A stretch of DNA of 64,000 nt, taken from the NCBI RefSeq assembly GCF_036321535.1, contig NC_087436.1, positions 91,266,001 to 91,330,000 on the forward strand, given 5' to 3'. This document shows positions 11,601 through 24,800 of this stretch, one piece after another. The first letter of the stretch is position 1. Every line of letters starts with the position of its first letter. Under the pieces are notes generated by a model, which was given only the letters and a program-made list of their open reading frames with translations, ran no database searches and was not told the DNA's origin. A program made the translations under genes and the position numbers. The stretch is from Camelus dromedarius (taxonomy: Eukaryota).

Positions 11601-14600
11601 GATAGGAAGTCTCAATTTTTCTCTTCTGTAAAAAGGGAAAATTTCAGGGAGGATTAAGTAAGAAAAGGTAAAAAAAATGTTTTGCAAACTCAAGTCTACT
11701 ATAGAACTATACATTAATATTTTTAAGTGATTATCTCTCTAGTCATGCTTTTAAATGGGAAATTTTAAGTACTGTGCTATTTGTCCAGTGCTGTAAAATG
11801 AAAAAAATATCAAAATAACTTAAATGATAAAATTTAGGTCTTGAAATGATTGACTAGTCAAAAAACATTGCTTTCCATAACAGTTTTTATAAAATATTCT
11901 CAGACTAAAATTATCTTTCATTCTTGAAATTAAGAGATCTACCAGGTGCACTGGAACCCTTATTTCTAATCGTCTGACATTATTGCCTTGCTCCATAGAG
12001 AGTAATAACTCTTCTCTATAATAAAAATTTTGAAATTGACTTGTACCTTGATATATATGTGACGTTTAGTTTAGTCAGGAAATAGATTTTACTTTTTGCT
12101 TGGTTTCCATAGATTTTTCTTTCAAGTTTGTGCAGTTTGTTTAAAGAAAAAAACAGCAGTTCTGAACCATTTATATTTATTAGGTTCTCTGTGAATCAGG
12201 TATTCATATAATTAAAAATCTAAAAACCCTCTACTTCAATGTGCTGTGATAAAATGATTTTTCACCTCATTTTAGATACATGATTTGTGCAGTCTTGTAG
12301 TTGAATCTACCATGATTGACTTTCAGATTTGTTAAAAATCAGAACTGAAGACATTACCATAAATCTGGTATTGAAATTTGTTTGTGTATTTGCATCTACA
12401 TGCCTGAGAAGCAGAGATGTAACTGGTACACTACCTCCTTTTGATTGTGTGATATTCAGTGTGTCTCTAATTTTTCAGTTTACTGAAGAGAAAACAAAAG
12501 AACATAAAGGCAAAAGATATATTTTTCTTATAAAGAATTGGATGTATTTTGACTGCTAGATTAAGGAAGAAAAGTCTTGTATTATTATTTGCTTGATATT
12601 ATTCTTTATTAGAGGTTTCTTCACTTTTATAGTGAGCTGGAAAGTGCAAAGATTCAAAATTTATCGAGTTTTCCTTTTTTTTAAATAATACGACTCAAAA
12701 TCACTATGTAATTCTAAAGCATATCATAGTATCTGTTTCGTTCACTATGGCTTCAATATTTAGTATTTTATTGTACTTTAATTATTTAAATATTGTTAAC
12801 TCTTATTTAGTTTTTAAGAGCATATCAGTCCTGGGCTGTTACCCTAATTTTTTAATTAACCATTCCAGATGAATGTATATTTGCTGTATAAAAAGCAGGA
12901 GAACAATCACAACTATGCTTCATATTTTTAAGTGATTGGATACTTTGCTGGTACATGGGGACTTATAAGATTGAAGCTATTGTATGACAAGACATACATA
13001 GTTAAGCAAGCCAGATTTTCATCATTGTTTGGAATTATTTCCCATTCATTTTAGAATATTTATTAGCATGGTAATCATCCTCAGGGCCACTTTGTTTTAG
13101 GACATCTTTTGGGGGATGAATATTTCAAATGTGCTAGCCCAGCCTCTTCATTATACAGATAGGGACTGCAAGTCCCCAAAAGCTAAGGATGTCTGCTTCT
13201 AACTCTTTTATAGTAAAGGATTACTTCCATTATTGATAGTGTTTAATGTCAATGCTGTGCTATTAAAGCTGTCCAGAGTTGGTGCAGGGTTCTTTATAGC
13301 TGCTCTCAATCTTTTCTCTGCTGGTACATTTTTAAGACTAATTTCTACTAGGATTCTGGGCTAATTAAATGATAGTGGAAAAGCATTTTCCATCATTACT
13401 CTTGGGGCAGGAACAGTAAATCACCACAGGTACAAATTGGGAACTCTGTCTTAATATCATTAGACAGAAGAAGGCATGCTGAAAAGTCTTATCAGTCAAA
13501 CCCCAGTATTTAATGAGTGTATACATCAGTTTGTTCAGAGTAGTGTCCAGGAGAAGTTGCTAAAAGCAAATATCTCTGCAACTTGAGCCATTTACAGTTT
13601 AGTCTTTAGAAGGAAGGGAGAAGGACATACATTCCTTCTAAATCTGAGTAGGAAAATATGTACACTTTATGAAATGGAAACCATTGAGAATGCATTCTAT
13701 ATGAAAAAGCAACCCATAACTTTAACTCGGTTGCAATCAATAAATCCCCAACAATCAGGAATGCGGATGTTATCAGCACTGATTAATTTGGGTGCAGATA
13801 ACCAAAGACAGTTTCACAAACTAACCAAGGTTAACAGAATTTTGAAGGGGGTGTGGCATCGTGGAAGGAACATCATATTGCCCTCCCTTGTGCAGATCCT
13901 CTCTGGCTCTGATTAAGTTGTCCCACTTTAGGCAAATTACTTGGCTTCTCTTAGCCTCAATTTACTATTTTTTTTTAAACAACATAGTTGGATTAGGTCA
14001 TTTGGAATCTCATGGTTCTGAACTCTATCATGGTAAAAATGACAGTTTTCTTGGAGGAATACTCTACCTCTAGAAATACCATCTTACTTTCCATTTTATT
14101 CCTAATGAAACTCTGCAACTACAATTCCTTTTTCTATTAATTTTAACTTATGCTGAAATGATGTACATGAACCCAAGGAACCCACGAAGAAAACCAAGGG
14201 CACAATTTCAGTAGCAGGGGGCAAGAATTTCATCTAGATTTGACAGGACCTATGGGATCATAATGGAAAGAGTGTCTGTAGCACATGTACCTGTCCCGTT
14301 CCACAACTTGATTCCCTGTGATAGTCGTCCTAGCCCAAGGTAGCTGTGAAGGAGGTCTTGACTTCTTCCTCCCTCTGAAGCATCTCATTTGTTTTCTTGA
14401 TCCTCAGTAGTGAGATTAATAATTGCCATCATTCGAGTTTGAGTGCCTGGATGGTCCTAAATCTGAGGAAAGCATGTCACTCTCAATAGTGATGGAAAAG
14501 TTGAGTGGGGAGAGTGGAAGATAACACCATTTGCTTAAAAATTTGAATTGGTGTGGAGTGAAAAAAATGCCCAAAGACTTGCAGTATAAAATTGTCTATT

Positions 14601-15149
14601 TTCCAGTGACTTCTTCCAATTTCATTGGAGAAGAAAAGCCATGGCTCTCTCTAGTTAACATAGTCCTAATATAGGTGTGTTTTAGCCTCAGCCATGCTCT
14701 TTGAAATTTCTTAGTTCCTCAGAGAGACAGATAAATCTGTTTTCCCAGTAGTTCTTGTCCATGAGCAGTTCTCTGGGCCAAGGAATTTTATGTTTCAGTG
14801 TCTTGTCCAAGGTGATTGAAAATTCCCCAATCCTTTATCAGTCCCAGGTTAAAGTAGGAGCTAAAAGCTTAGATACAAGTTGATCATAAAAATTAAGGAA
14901 AAATAATAAAGATTTTTGGTTGATATTTAACGCATTAATACCTTTCTAAATGAAATTGGGATAAAAAGCTACATTTCATCTTAGTGGATCCATCTAATCT
15001 TTTAAGGAAAGATATAAGCCAACATATCAAAGCTAAAAGAAGTGTGTGTGCACACGCGTGCATGTTGTAGAGTGAGCCCTGAAAACAATATATTTATTTA
15101 GAATGTGTTTTGTATCTTTCACCATGGAGATCTTCAGCCTACACATGTG

Positions 15150-15860
15150 TTTTCTCATTTGATCTTCACATTAATCCTTGGCAGTAGACAGAATTTTGGC
15201 CCCCATGACCTTTGTCTCCTGGCATCATGTTCATAAATACATTATGTTCATTGCAAAAGAAATGTAATTAAAGTTACTAATAAATTGATTATAGATAGAG
15301 TATCTGTATTATCCTTGTGGACCTAGTGTATCACTGAGCTCTTAAAAGCAGATCTTTCTCTCAGCCGAGAGCAGAGAGAGAAAGTCAATGAGATTTGAAT
15401 CATGAGAGAGATTCTAAGCACCTTTACTGGCTTGAAGATAGAGGGAATCACATGGAAAGCGTGGGAAGGAACTGAATTTTTCAATGTCCTGAATGAACTT
15501 GAATGTATTTTTTCTGTCAAACCTCCAGTTTGGCACACAGCATCATCAAAACCTTGATTTCAGCCTTATGAGAACTTAAGCAGAGAAATCCATTGAGTCA
15601 CACTGTGCCTGAGCTTCTGACCCACGAAAATGATGACATAATAAATGGGTGTTATTTTAAACTACTAAGTTTGTGGTATTGAGTTATGGCAGCAATAGAA
15701 AACGGATAGTTACAGATATCATGTCCATTTCACAGATACAAGTGAGGCTTAAAGGCAAAGTGAGGCTTAAAGGCATTGTAGATCACACAGCTGGTATGTG
15801 CAATGGGGACTAAGACCCAGGGGTCTTTGATCCCCAGGCCTACGCTCTTGCCACTAGTCC
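15150..15860 (-). mobile_element. MIR split by an MLT1E LTR (MIR parts ~15150-15178 and ~15715-15860)
   Basis: Left 'ctcatttgatcttcacattaatcc' and right 'tccatttcacagatacaagtgaggct...gatcacacagctggta' are consecutive MIR antisense segments. Confidence 0.65.
15179..15710 (+). mobile_element. MaLR solo LTR, MLT1E (E3-like)
   Basis: 5' 'gtagacagaattttggcccccatgacctt', 3' 'ataaatgggtgttattttaaactactaagtttgtggta...ttatggcagcaatagaaaac'. Confidence 0.85.
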
Positions 15861-16971
15861 ATGTGTACCTGACAGATTCTAAGAGGGGAGTGTCCCAAAT
15901 GTAAGAGTACAAGGAACAAGACCAGAGATCAGAGAGTCTGGAAATGAACCACAGCATATCAGTAATGAAAACATTGGGGCAAGTGAGCAGAAGGTTTTGG
16001 TAGCCAGTGGAGTCTGTCCTCTGCACAGATGAGGACTAATGGAGGCAGAGTGGTCAACTCTCAGTCATGGCTGAGAGGTCAGGAAAGATGAGGACAGAGA
16101 TGAGGCCTTGGATTTACTGTGAAACTGGTCACTGTTACTCTCATCATTTCTGATTTCAGGCCGTTTTCATTTCAATCTGAATGTTATTGGTCAATGTGGA
16201 TGTGATAGGTTTTCCAACTCCAACAGAATTTTAAAGGACGTTTGGATGACTTTCCAGGATGAGGCCAGAGAGCCAATGACTATTGACTCTTCTATAAGTT
16301 TCTAAACTGTTTCCTCATCGTCTCTATAAATATGCTGCCCCCTTCATTTTTCACCATTGCCCTTGTAATCAATATTAAAGTAATTACTATTCTACCCTGT
16401 CAATAGTTTGACTTTTTAATAAGCATTTATTGCCTATAAAAAGCACACCACAGCTGCCTTTCTTTTCCTGCAATAGGAATGAAAAGAAAGTGCGGTTAGT
16501 AAAGGACCAATGGCAGAATGGAAGAAACCCTGACACGTACTGGGGACATATTCAGAATAGTTACAGAAAATAGGAGTAGTTACAGAATATGGCATCATTT
16601 GTGAATGATTCGATGTTGATGCATATAATTATTATATACTTGGAACTTTTTTTCTCTAACATTCCCACCGATAACCTCCCCAGTGGACTTGGCTTAATTT
16701 ATGTACGTATCTGTGTGAACACGCTGGTATAAGTCAAATGTTCAAAGACAGTAGAGGAAACCCAAAGTAATGAAAAACAGAGGGAGGGTCATGGGTGTCA
16801 AGAAACCAAGACTTAAGTTTTTAGAACTGAGCACATTCCTTAGCTCTGAGGTTTCTGGAAGGCAAGGAACAAGAGAAAAATTAAAAAACTATGGTTTTAC
16901 CTTCCTGTAAAAATGTGTTGCTTTTTCCAGACAGTAAATCCTTTAGGAACAGATTAAAATATGCATAAGAA

Positions 16972-17198
16972 TATAGTGGCATAGTAAGAGCGCAGATTTT
17001 GGAGTCAGGGATATCTTGGTCCAGAGTCCTGTTCCAGAACTTACTAGTTGGGTGGTTCTAAACCTCAGGCTTTTTATCTTTAAAACAGAGTTCACTGTCT
17101 CTATATAAGACTGAGGTGAGAGTTTGAAAAATAAAATAATGAACTAAAAATGTTTAGTAAAGTAAAATGGAACTTTGATGTTTATCGTTAATTATTAG
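16972..17198 (+). mobile_element. MIR SINE
   Basis: 'tagtggcatagtaagagcgcagattttggagtcag...acttactag...aacctcag'. Confidence 0.75.
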
Positions 17199-17319
17199 GG
17201 AAAAACTGGTGTCTAGTTCCCCTCCAGATTGTCTGCAGGCCAGTATGGTTGTTTGCTATTTGGTTGTTACTCGGTAAGCTTTTGTTGAACGAACGAATGA
17301 ATAAATGAATGAATTCACT

Positions 17320-17594
17320 CCGTGAATCTGTTTTCTGTGGTACACTAATGAGTATTTCTTGAAGAGGATTCCACGGTCTAGATAAGGGAAATGGAGGATT
17401 AAACCAAATTTAGAAGTTTTCTTGCTTGCAGTGGAGTCCTTTATTGCTAATGTAAATTGTGACTGTCTAATTTAGGGTTTTCATGTAAAGATATTTCCTT
17501 TCATTTTGTTTTATTTGGGTTTTAATATAACCTTCTTTTCCTTGAGCATTTCATAGAATTAGCATTTTGAGGAACTTGATTTAGGTGATGCTGG
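17320..17594. mobile_element. Old hAT-Charlie-type non-autonomous DNA transposon fragment
   Basis: 'ggattccacggtctagataag...cctttattgctaatgtaaattgtgact' resembles recalled Charlie-family MITEs; family not pinned down. Confidence 0.45.
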
Positions 17595-17639
17595 TGTGTC
17601 ATCTTCCAATGAATATCCATAACATGGAACACAGCAGTC

Positions 17640-17820
17640 ACTTAATATTTGCCAGGCAGTGTTCTAACTGCTTGAACGAACTCATTTAATACTCAACACA
17701 ATCCAATTAGTTAGTTTTTTTTTCTAATTTTTCACATTACAAGTAAAGAAACTTAATCTCTTGCCCAAAGTTACAAAGACAGTAAGTAACTGGGCTGAGA
17801 GTTGGACTCAAGTATTCTGT
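17640..17820 (-). mobile_element. MIR SINE
   Basis: 'gccaggcagtgttctaactgctt...ctcatttaatactcaacac...cttgcccaaagttacaaag'. Confidence 0.75.
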
Positions 17821-18789
17821 CCCAATGGCATGCCTAGAGTATTTAAAACATCAGTGTGGGTCATTTTTTAACACCTCGTCTCTACTGTCTGACAAAATTA
17901 TTTTCAGTAAGAGTCATGTAATGTTCAATGACAATCCTTTTCTCAATTAACTCTTTCATTTTAAGACAATTAAATTTTTGGAAAAAAACGTAAATTTGAA
18001 CTTTCTTTAAATCAATAAATAGTTAATCTAGTAAATAAAACTTGTACTTAACCAAACAAAAATATTGCACTATGCATTTCTCACTCTGTTTTACTGTTAA
18101 AAATGTTTTAAATGCAAAGTTTTAAAAACAAGTGGTAACATAGAATGGCAGAAATCAAATAATTCAAGTTTGGTTTCTCTATTTTTGTAATCATTGTGGC
18201 ATTATTACTTATTTAAGTTTTTGTTTAAACTAAGGAATATGTATTACCACTGAAATAAAGCCAAAAATGTTTCCTGAGACCATGTGATCAATCTGAATCC
18301 TTAGGAACTTAACTTAAAAAGAGATGCATACAGCTGAGTCCACGGGGGTCAGAGGCCAACTATGTAACTGCAACTTCTCAGAATGAATGAATTCCCATGT
18401 AGAATAATATGTTTACTAAAGGGTATGTAACAGAAATGTGTTAATTTGAAGCTTACACAGAATTATTAAAACTTGCTAGTGACTGTAGAATTATTTAGAA
18501 CTTAGTCAAACAAAAGATGTTTTCACAGAAGAGTATTGTATCATGGAAATTGTTGAGAATTACCTGTGCATGATAGTAATAAAAGGACAAACTTTTGTTA
18601 AATTTTATTATTGTTTTTAATTTGTCTACAGGGTACCAACCTTATTGCCTACAGGGGGCAGGTGGATTCCACTGTCCTACCCTTCTTTAGGCCACTGTTC
18701 GGGGTCCATAGGAGTAAGCACTCTAATATACTTACTGGCTCTCATGGAAGAAGAAACCATGTTTAGAGCAAGTTCAATTGCATTTTTTT

Positions 18790-19312
18790 TACTATTTTTT
18801 TTTCTTTTTTTATTGAAGTATAGTCAGTTTACAATGTTGTGTCAATTTCTGGTGTACAGCATAATGTTTCAGGTATACATACATATATTCATTTTCATAT
18901 TCTTTTTCATTATAGATTACTATAAGATATTGAATGTAGTTTCCTGTGCTATACAGTATAAACTTGTTGTCTATCTATTTTATATACAGTAGTTAGTACC
19001 TGTACATCTCAAACTCTCAATTTATCCCTTCCCACCCTTTCCCCACTGGTAACCATAAGTTTATTTTCTATGTCTGTGAGTCTGTTTCTGTTTGTAAATG
19101 AGTTAATTTGTCTTTTTTTTTTTTTTTTTTTAGATTCCACGTATGAGTGATATTATATGGTATTTTTCTTCCTCTTTCTGGCTTACTTCATTTAGGATGA
19201 TGATCTCCATGTCCATCGGTCCATCCATGTTGCTGAAAATGGCTTTATTTTATTTTATTTTATTTTATTTTATTTTATTTTATTTTATTTTATTTTATTG
19301 GCTGAATAGTAC
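18790..19312 (-). mobile_element. Lineage-specific (artiodactyl/camelid-type) L1 3' end
   Basis: T-tract then 'tattgaagtatagtcagtttacaatgttgtgtcaatttctggtgtacagc...ggtaaccataag...tagattccacgtatgagtgatatt'. Confidence 0.9.
19244..19299. repeat. (TTTTA)11 microsatellite inside L1
   Basis: Direct reading. Confidence 0.95.
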
Positions 19313-21463
19313 CTTTAAGAAGTGTTTCCTTGACTGATACCAGTTGGTTAACTCATGGGTTTGAAAAGTTGCACTACTTTTCTGTTGGGGGCTTTACATG
19401 ATAGCATCACTCCTGCCCAACTCCCATCACCCCTTCACACTGCCACACCACGTGCCAGGAGCACCCTCCCCAAGTCTGGCATTTGGACTGCATGAGTGCC
19501 ACTCCTTACGTGGGCATGCAGTGTGCAGAGATTGCTACCACTTAAAACCAGCTTGTTCCACCATGTTGCACAAAACATAAAAAGCTGGTAAAGGGCACTA
19601 GAAAGAGGCTATTGTTTTTACATGTAAAGACCGTACTCAGTATTTTGTAGATTCTTGGCTTTGGTTAAACTGTAGTTCAACTTCGAGTTTACACATGTGA
19701 ACCTGAAATAAACTTGTTTCCTCATTTGTACAGTTTATGGATGACTAAAGCCCTCTTCCTCCTGAGACTTTGGAAATTCCCAAAGGCTCTTGGTCTCTTC
19801 TGCTTTCGTGCCTTTATGCCTGCTGTGGTTATTTTAGACTATTTTTTTTTTTTTTTGGTTCTCACATAAAATAGAAAAGGAAGAAAACAAGGGAAGAGAA
19901 GGAAGGGGAAAAGAGGGAGAGAGAGAGATAAGACGAAGAAGGAAAAAGTGAAAACATCTACTCATGGAGATAATTTACCTGATACTCACACCTCACCACT
20001 TGTAATGTTGAGAACCCATCTTTATATTCCTACTGCCCTTAGCCACTCCAGGACTTGGAGTTAGAGGTTACTAGTCTTACATTTTCCATGTGATCACTGT
20101 CTCATTCCCAAGTTTTTTTCTTAAAGGATACTTTTCACATCTTTCCATACACTTTAATTAAGGAGCAACATAAAATCTTCATCCTGTCCCATATGTAGAG
20201 GTTTTATTGTTTGAGCAAGACTTTGCAGTATCAACTTGTATTCCAAGTTCTCATCAAGACATATTTTCTTAGTAAATCATTTCATCCCCTAAAAGCCATT
20301 CTGGGTAATAAAAATGACTTTGCAACTTTGTGTATATGTCCTGAATCAGGATAAATGATAAAGAAGCATTAATAAGCTGCAGTGGACCACATTCCAATCT
20401 CTAAATTGGTTGAACTCTGTTCCAAAGATAGAAGAGTAGATATCTTTGCTTTATAGCAAGTGCTTAGCCAATGTAATCCTGATTTGAGACTGTTTTAGAA
20501 AGTAGGATAAGATTTATTAGTAATACACCTCCCATGAATGAACTCTCTCACCATGAATGAATAAGTAATCTTCAGCCAATTTCTTGACATGGGCTAAGGG
20601 TTGACTGTATAAATATGAACATAATTAAGTTCAGATACTCAGAGCCAATCCAATCTGATAATGTAATATGGCAGAAGACTAGCTTGCAAGAGCCTAAGAT
20701 GTGACCTTCGTATGACTGTATAATTAGCATTTTGTTTGACGTGGAGTTTCACAATTTATTGGTTCAGGGAAAAACTAGAAGTCCTTAGATAGTCATTATG
20801 GAGAATAAAAAATAAAAATATTAAATTAATTGTAATAACTTTGGGGAAAAGAAAGAATAAGATGTCTCTAAAAGACACCTGAATCATTCAAGAGAATGAC
20901 ATTAGATTCTTAAACTCTCCTAAGGCTAGAAGAAGTCTTTTTAAATTACTCCAAGGAGGATGCACGTATTTGAAATTATTGATTAAGCATATGAGACATC
21001 TCTGTCTAAATCTAGTATTATAAGATCTCTGTCACTGCCTCTGAATTTGGGCCACATGTTCAATTTTATTAAAACAGTTTCTGGCATTAAACTCAAGGAG
21101 GACAGGGGATTTTGACATTGGCGATGGGTCGGGTAGGGTTTTAGTATCTTTTTCAGTTTAGAAGAGTAAGTTGAAAGAAGAGACTTTCTCTGTGGTTGCC
21201 TATTTACATAATTTCAAACATCAGAAAGACTTTTACAAAGAAATAAAAGCTTTCAGATGGCAATAATCTATGTTTTACTCTTCAGACTTTAATATGGTTT
21301 TTAGTAAACATAACACTGAGGATCCAAATTAGCATCTTCTCATCTTGACAAGAGAATTACGAAGTATATTATGATTATAGCACTTTCAAATGTTATGGAT
21401 CATTTTTATGAGTTTACAAGCATCCAAAATATGTGGCTTAACTACTGGTATCGGGGTTGTCCT

Positions 21464-21473
21464 GTCACGTGAC
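21464..21473. promoter_or_regulatory. Perfect palindromic GTCACGTGAC (CLEAR / USF / MiT-TFE E-box)
   Basis: Exact 10-mer with retained CpG in unique sequence; function untested. Confidence 0.3.
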
Positions 21474-22249
21474 CATGTGTGAACCATCCTGGCAATTCAG
21501 CTCCTAAGCAGTTTTCTTGAGTTCAGGACAGGTGATTCCTTTTCTCTGAAGTCTTTATCTTTTTCCCACATGGTCCCATGATTAGCTTGAGAGACATTTT
21601 CAACCTCTTATAAGATTTGTAATTCTTACTCCAATCCTCTTTACTCTTTCAGCCATGAAAAATTTATTGAAGTTTTACGATGCTAACATTGAAAATGTCT
21701 TAGTTGTTTTCTCATAGAAAATATTTATGTAGAGGTCTGTAAATATAAATATGACAGATGTACACACATTTTTTTTTTTTGCTATAAACTTCTTGCTGGG
21801 AGAGTAAGCTTTTAAATTCAAATAAATAGCCAGCACATGTTCAGTGTATCTATTTTTTTTTTACCTGTATAATGACAGTATGGGGAAAATGATGATTTAT
21901 ATATGCCACATGGAAAGAATGTCACCTTCTGAATATTTATGAATATTTGATTTTTTTAAAAAATTGGGAAACATTTCTTTTTAGGGCAGAAGCTGTTGAA
22001 GAATGGACTGTCATATAACATTCAGAATTCTTTAAGCAGATTTGTGATTCGCCAATTACTCTTCCATTTCCCAGTTTTGGTGTTAGCGATCTAACTCTTC
22101 AAGTCAAATAAAAAATTTGTGGTTCTCAATATGTGATGTTACTCTTAAATGAGGAGGGATTATCTATAAGAACCACTTATGCTCTCGTTTTCAGAAATGT
22201 CAACAACTCCAGCCCTGCTAAATGCTTACAGTGAGAAAAGGAGTTTGAG

Positions 22250-22405
22250 GGTTTTTTTTTTTTTAGCATCTTTATTGTGGTATGATTCTCGTACAGCAAA
22301 CTGCACATATTTCAGATGTACAATTTGATGAATTTTGATAGATGTATACACCAATGAAACCACCACCACAATCAGGATAGCTAACATTTCCATCACTCTC
22401 CAAGT
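22250..22405 (-). mobile_element. L1MB/ME 3' end fragment
   Basis: Poly-T then 'tttattgtggtatgattc...tgtacaatttgatgaattttga...accaccacaatcaggatagctaacatttccatcact'. Confidence 0.8.
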
Positions 22406-23199
22406 GGTGCAAATTTCGAATTCCTGAGTTTTTGTATTTGAAGAATTTTTTATTTTCTGTTTTGGTGGCATTGCGGTAATAACTAGATTTCAGCAGATTC
22501 GATGATCTGTGCCTGGTTGTGAGCGGAGACTGTGCCTGTCTCATTGAACGTTATGGCCCCAGTGTCTGACAACGTGCCTGACACATGATTGACATGAAAA
22601 TAGATCTGTTGAATTAATGTATGAATCAAAATGCACAATGATATACACCCTGTGTTACCATCCATGCAATTCATATGCACACACGCCACACATGTTTATG
22701 AGCTTATGGTGGCACAAATTCTTTAAGAATTCTTAAATTGTTAAATTAATTTCATATACTGATTATCTAAAATAGTATCCTATATAACCATCTTTCAAAG
22801 AACATGAGTACATGGAAATACACCTCACTCTACACATACTTTAAGATCTGATGGTTTGAAGTTCCTCAAGTTCATAAAGTGCCTCATTTTGAATTGTCAT
22901 TGTATGTTACTTTAGATATGAATATGAGAGATGGGAAAATGTATGCTGATCCTATAATATATCCTAGAAGTAGCTTTAATTTTTTTTTTAGTTTGGCTTA
23001 TTTATTTGTCTTTCTGGAAAACTCTATGGGGAAAATGTTCTTGTTAATTTTTGTGGGGTTTCTTTTTAAGATTTTGGAGGTTCACTCTGTGTATTTATTT
23101 ATTGGATTGAGCTATCTGAAAATTCCAATATTTGATGGATATTTACAAAAATAGCAGTTATGTGTGGCTCAGCCTAACGTGTATCTGTGTTAATAATAT

Positions 23200-23410
23200 T
23201 ATGGGTATTTATTGATGGACCACTACTGTGCATGGGCACTTCATGTGTGTCTTATTTCACACTGACAACAACCCCCATGCGGTGTAGGTAATAATATTAT
23301 CTTTATTTGGTAGAGAAATTAACATAGTCAGCAAACTGTGGCATTGAGATTTGAACATTAGAAGTTGGGAGTTTGAACATGTAGACTCTTAGTTATTATG
23401 ACATTCAGTC
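23200..23410 (-). mobile_element. MIR SINE
   Basis: 'atttattgatggaccactactgtgc...tcttatttcacactgacaacaacccc'. Confidence 0.65.
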
Positions 23411-24419
23411 TCCCACAATGAAATAATTATTCACAAATTAATTATCTAGTATACTGAATATATTCCTATCATGATTGATTACTGTTCATTAAGTTGAATA
23501 TTCCTGCTAGAGGACTGGAATTCTAGGTTAATACTGATTGAGGATGAACTCCAAATGGAGTGGCTTTGAAGGACATTGTTTCTTCTGACAGGCAATAATA
23601 GTTATAATAAATTAAAATTTTAATTAATAGGTGTAAACACTTGTATAACTTGCTGTTATTCTTTATGGATTTTAGCCTCAATTTGGCTCCTAAGTCCATG
23701 CCTTCATATAATATGTGCAGGGGGTTCTGTAGTGTACAATCTTTCATAATACATATAGTCAACAGGTGGGTTAGCTCTTTTCACGTTCTTAAAGTATGAA
23801 AACAAAAGTCAGAATGAAAGAAGAAAAAGGTTAGGAGAGGAGTGTTGGGGAAAGGAATGGCATCCTGATAATAAGTGGATTTAAAAGCACTCTTCTTATT
23901 CAAAGGTGGCACAGTCCTGAAGAGAAAGCTCAAATTTTGACATGGAAATCATATAGAACAAAATAAGCATAAATGCACATATAAACACACTTTTATGAAA
24001 CAATTTGTTGATGAAAATATGGTTGCCAATAAACTGTTTATGCTTTCAGAAGTTTCTCCTTAGGTGGAATATGCCACTTACTTTTTCGGAACAGGATTAT
24101 CCCAAAGCATTTGTTAAACCCAAGTGCTACAGCATAATAAGTATATGAAAATTTCCAATAGAAGCCTAATACTGCTCCTGGGACTTTATAATTTAATACA
24201 GATACTCTGATGAGGCTCGGCAAATACCCTAGTATGAAGGAAGTAAGAAAATTTGACACTGACTTATGGAATTCCTAACAATTGGTTTAAATGTTATATT
24301 GGTTAAGTAATAAAGGGGCCAAATATTGCATTCTGGCTCAAAAACTAGGGTAAGCTTTGAGAAAGTTTCAGTTTTGAACTTAAAGAGTGAAAAGGAGTTG
24401 CTCTTTATTATTTCAGGAC

Positions 24420-24570
24420 TAACAGTAATACTAGTAATAATATTTATTGAGTCTTTAAAGAGTTCTAGGTGCAGTTTAAGGCATTTTACCTTTTTCATTT
24501 ATTTAATCTCCATAGTAACCCTTTGAGGTAGAAATTGATATTGTCCCAGTTTTATAGATGAGCAAAAGAG
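24420..24570 (-). mobile_element. MIR SINE
   Basis: 'atttaatctccatagtaaccctttgaggtag...cccagtttatagatgagcaaa'. Confidence 0.7.
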
Positions 24571-24676
24571 ACAAGTCTCTGCTCTGAATTATTGTCTTTG
24601 GGGTGCAGTCAAATGTGGCTGGGTACCCCAGTCACTTGGAAATAGTGAGAGAGATTGGAGATAGTTCCCTGAAAAT

Positions 24677-24800
24677 AATATATATATAATATATATATAA
24701 ATATAAATATATATATAAATAATATATAATAATATATATAAATTATATCTATTATGTGTATATATATATATTTATATATATATATAAATAAAATATATAT
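24677..24800. repeat. Imperfect (TA)n tract
   Basis: Direct reading. Confidence 0.9.

Noticed and set aside
12465..12559. Acceptor-like taatttttcAG followed by FTEEKTKEHKGKRY...
   Set aside because: No good donor and no recognisable protein; such sites are common in AT-rich DNA.
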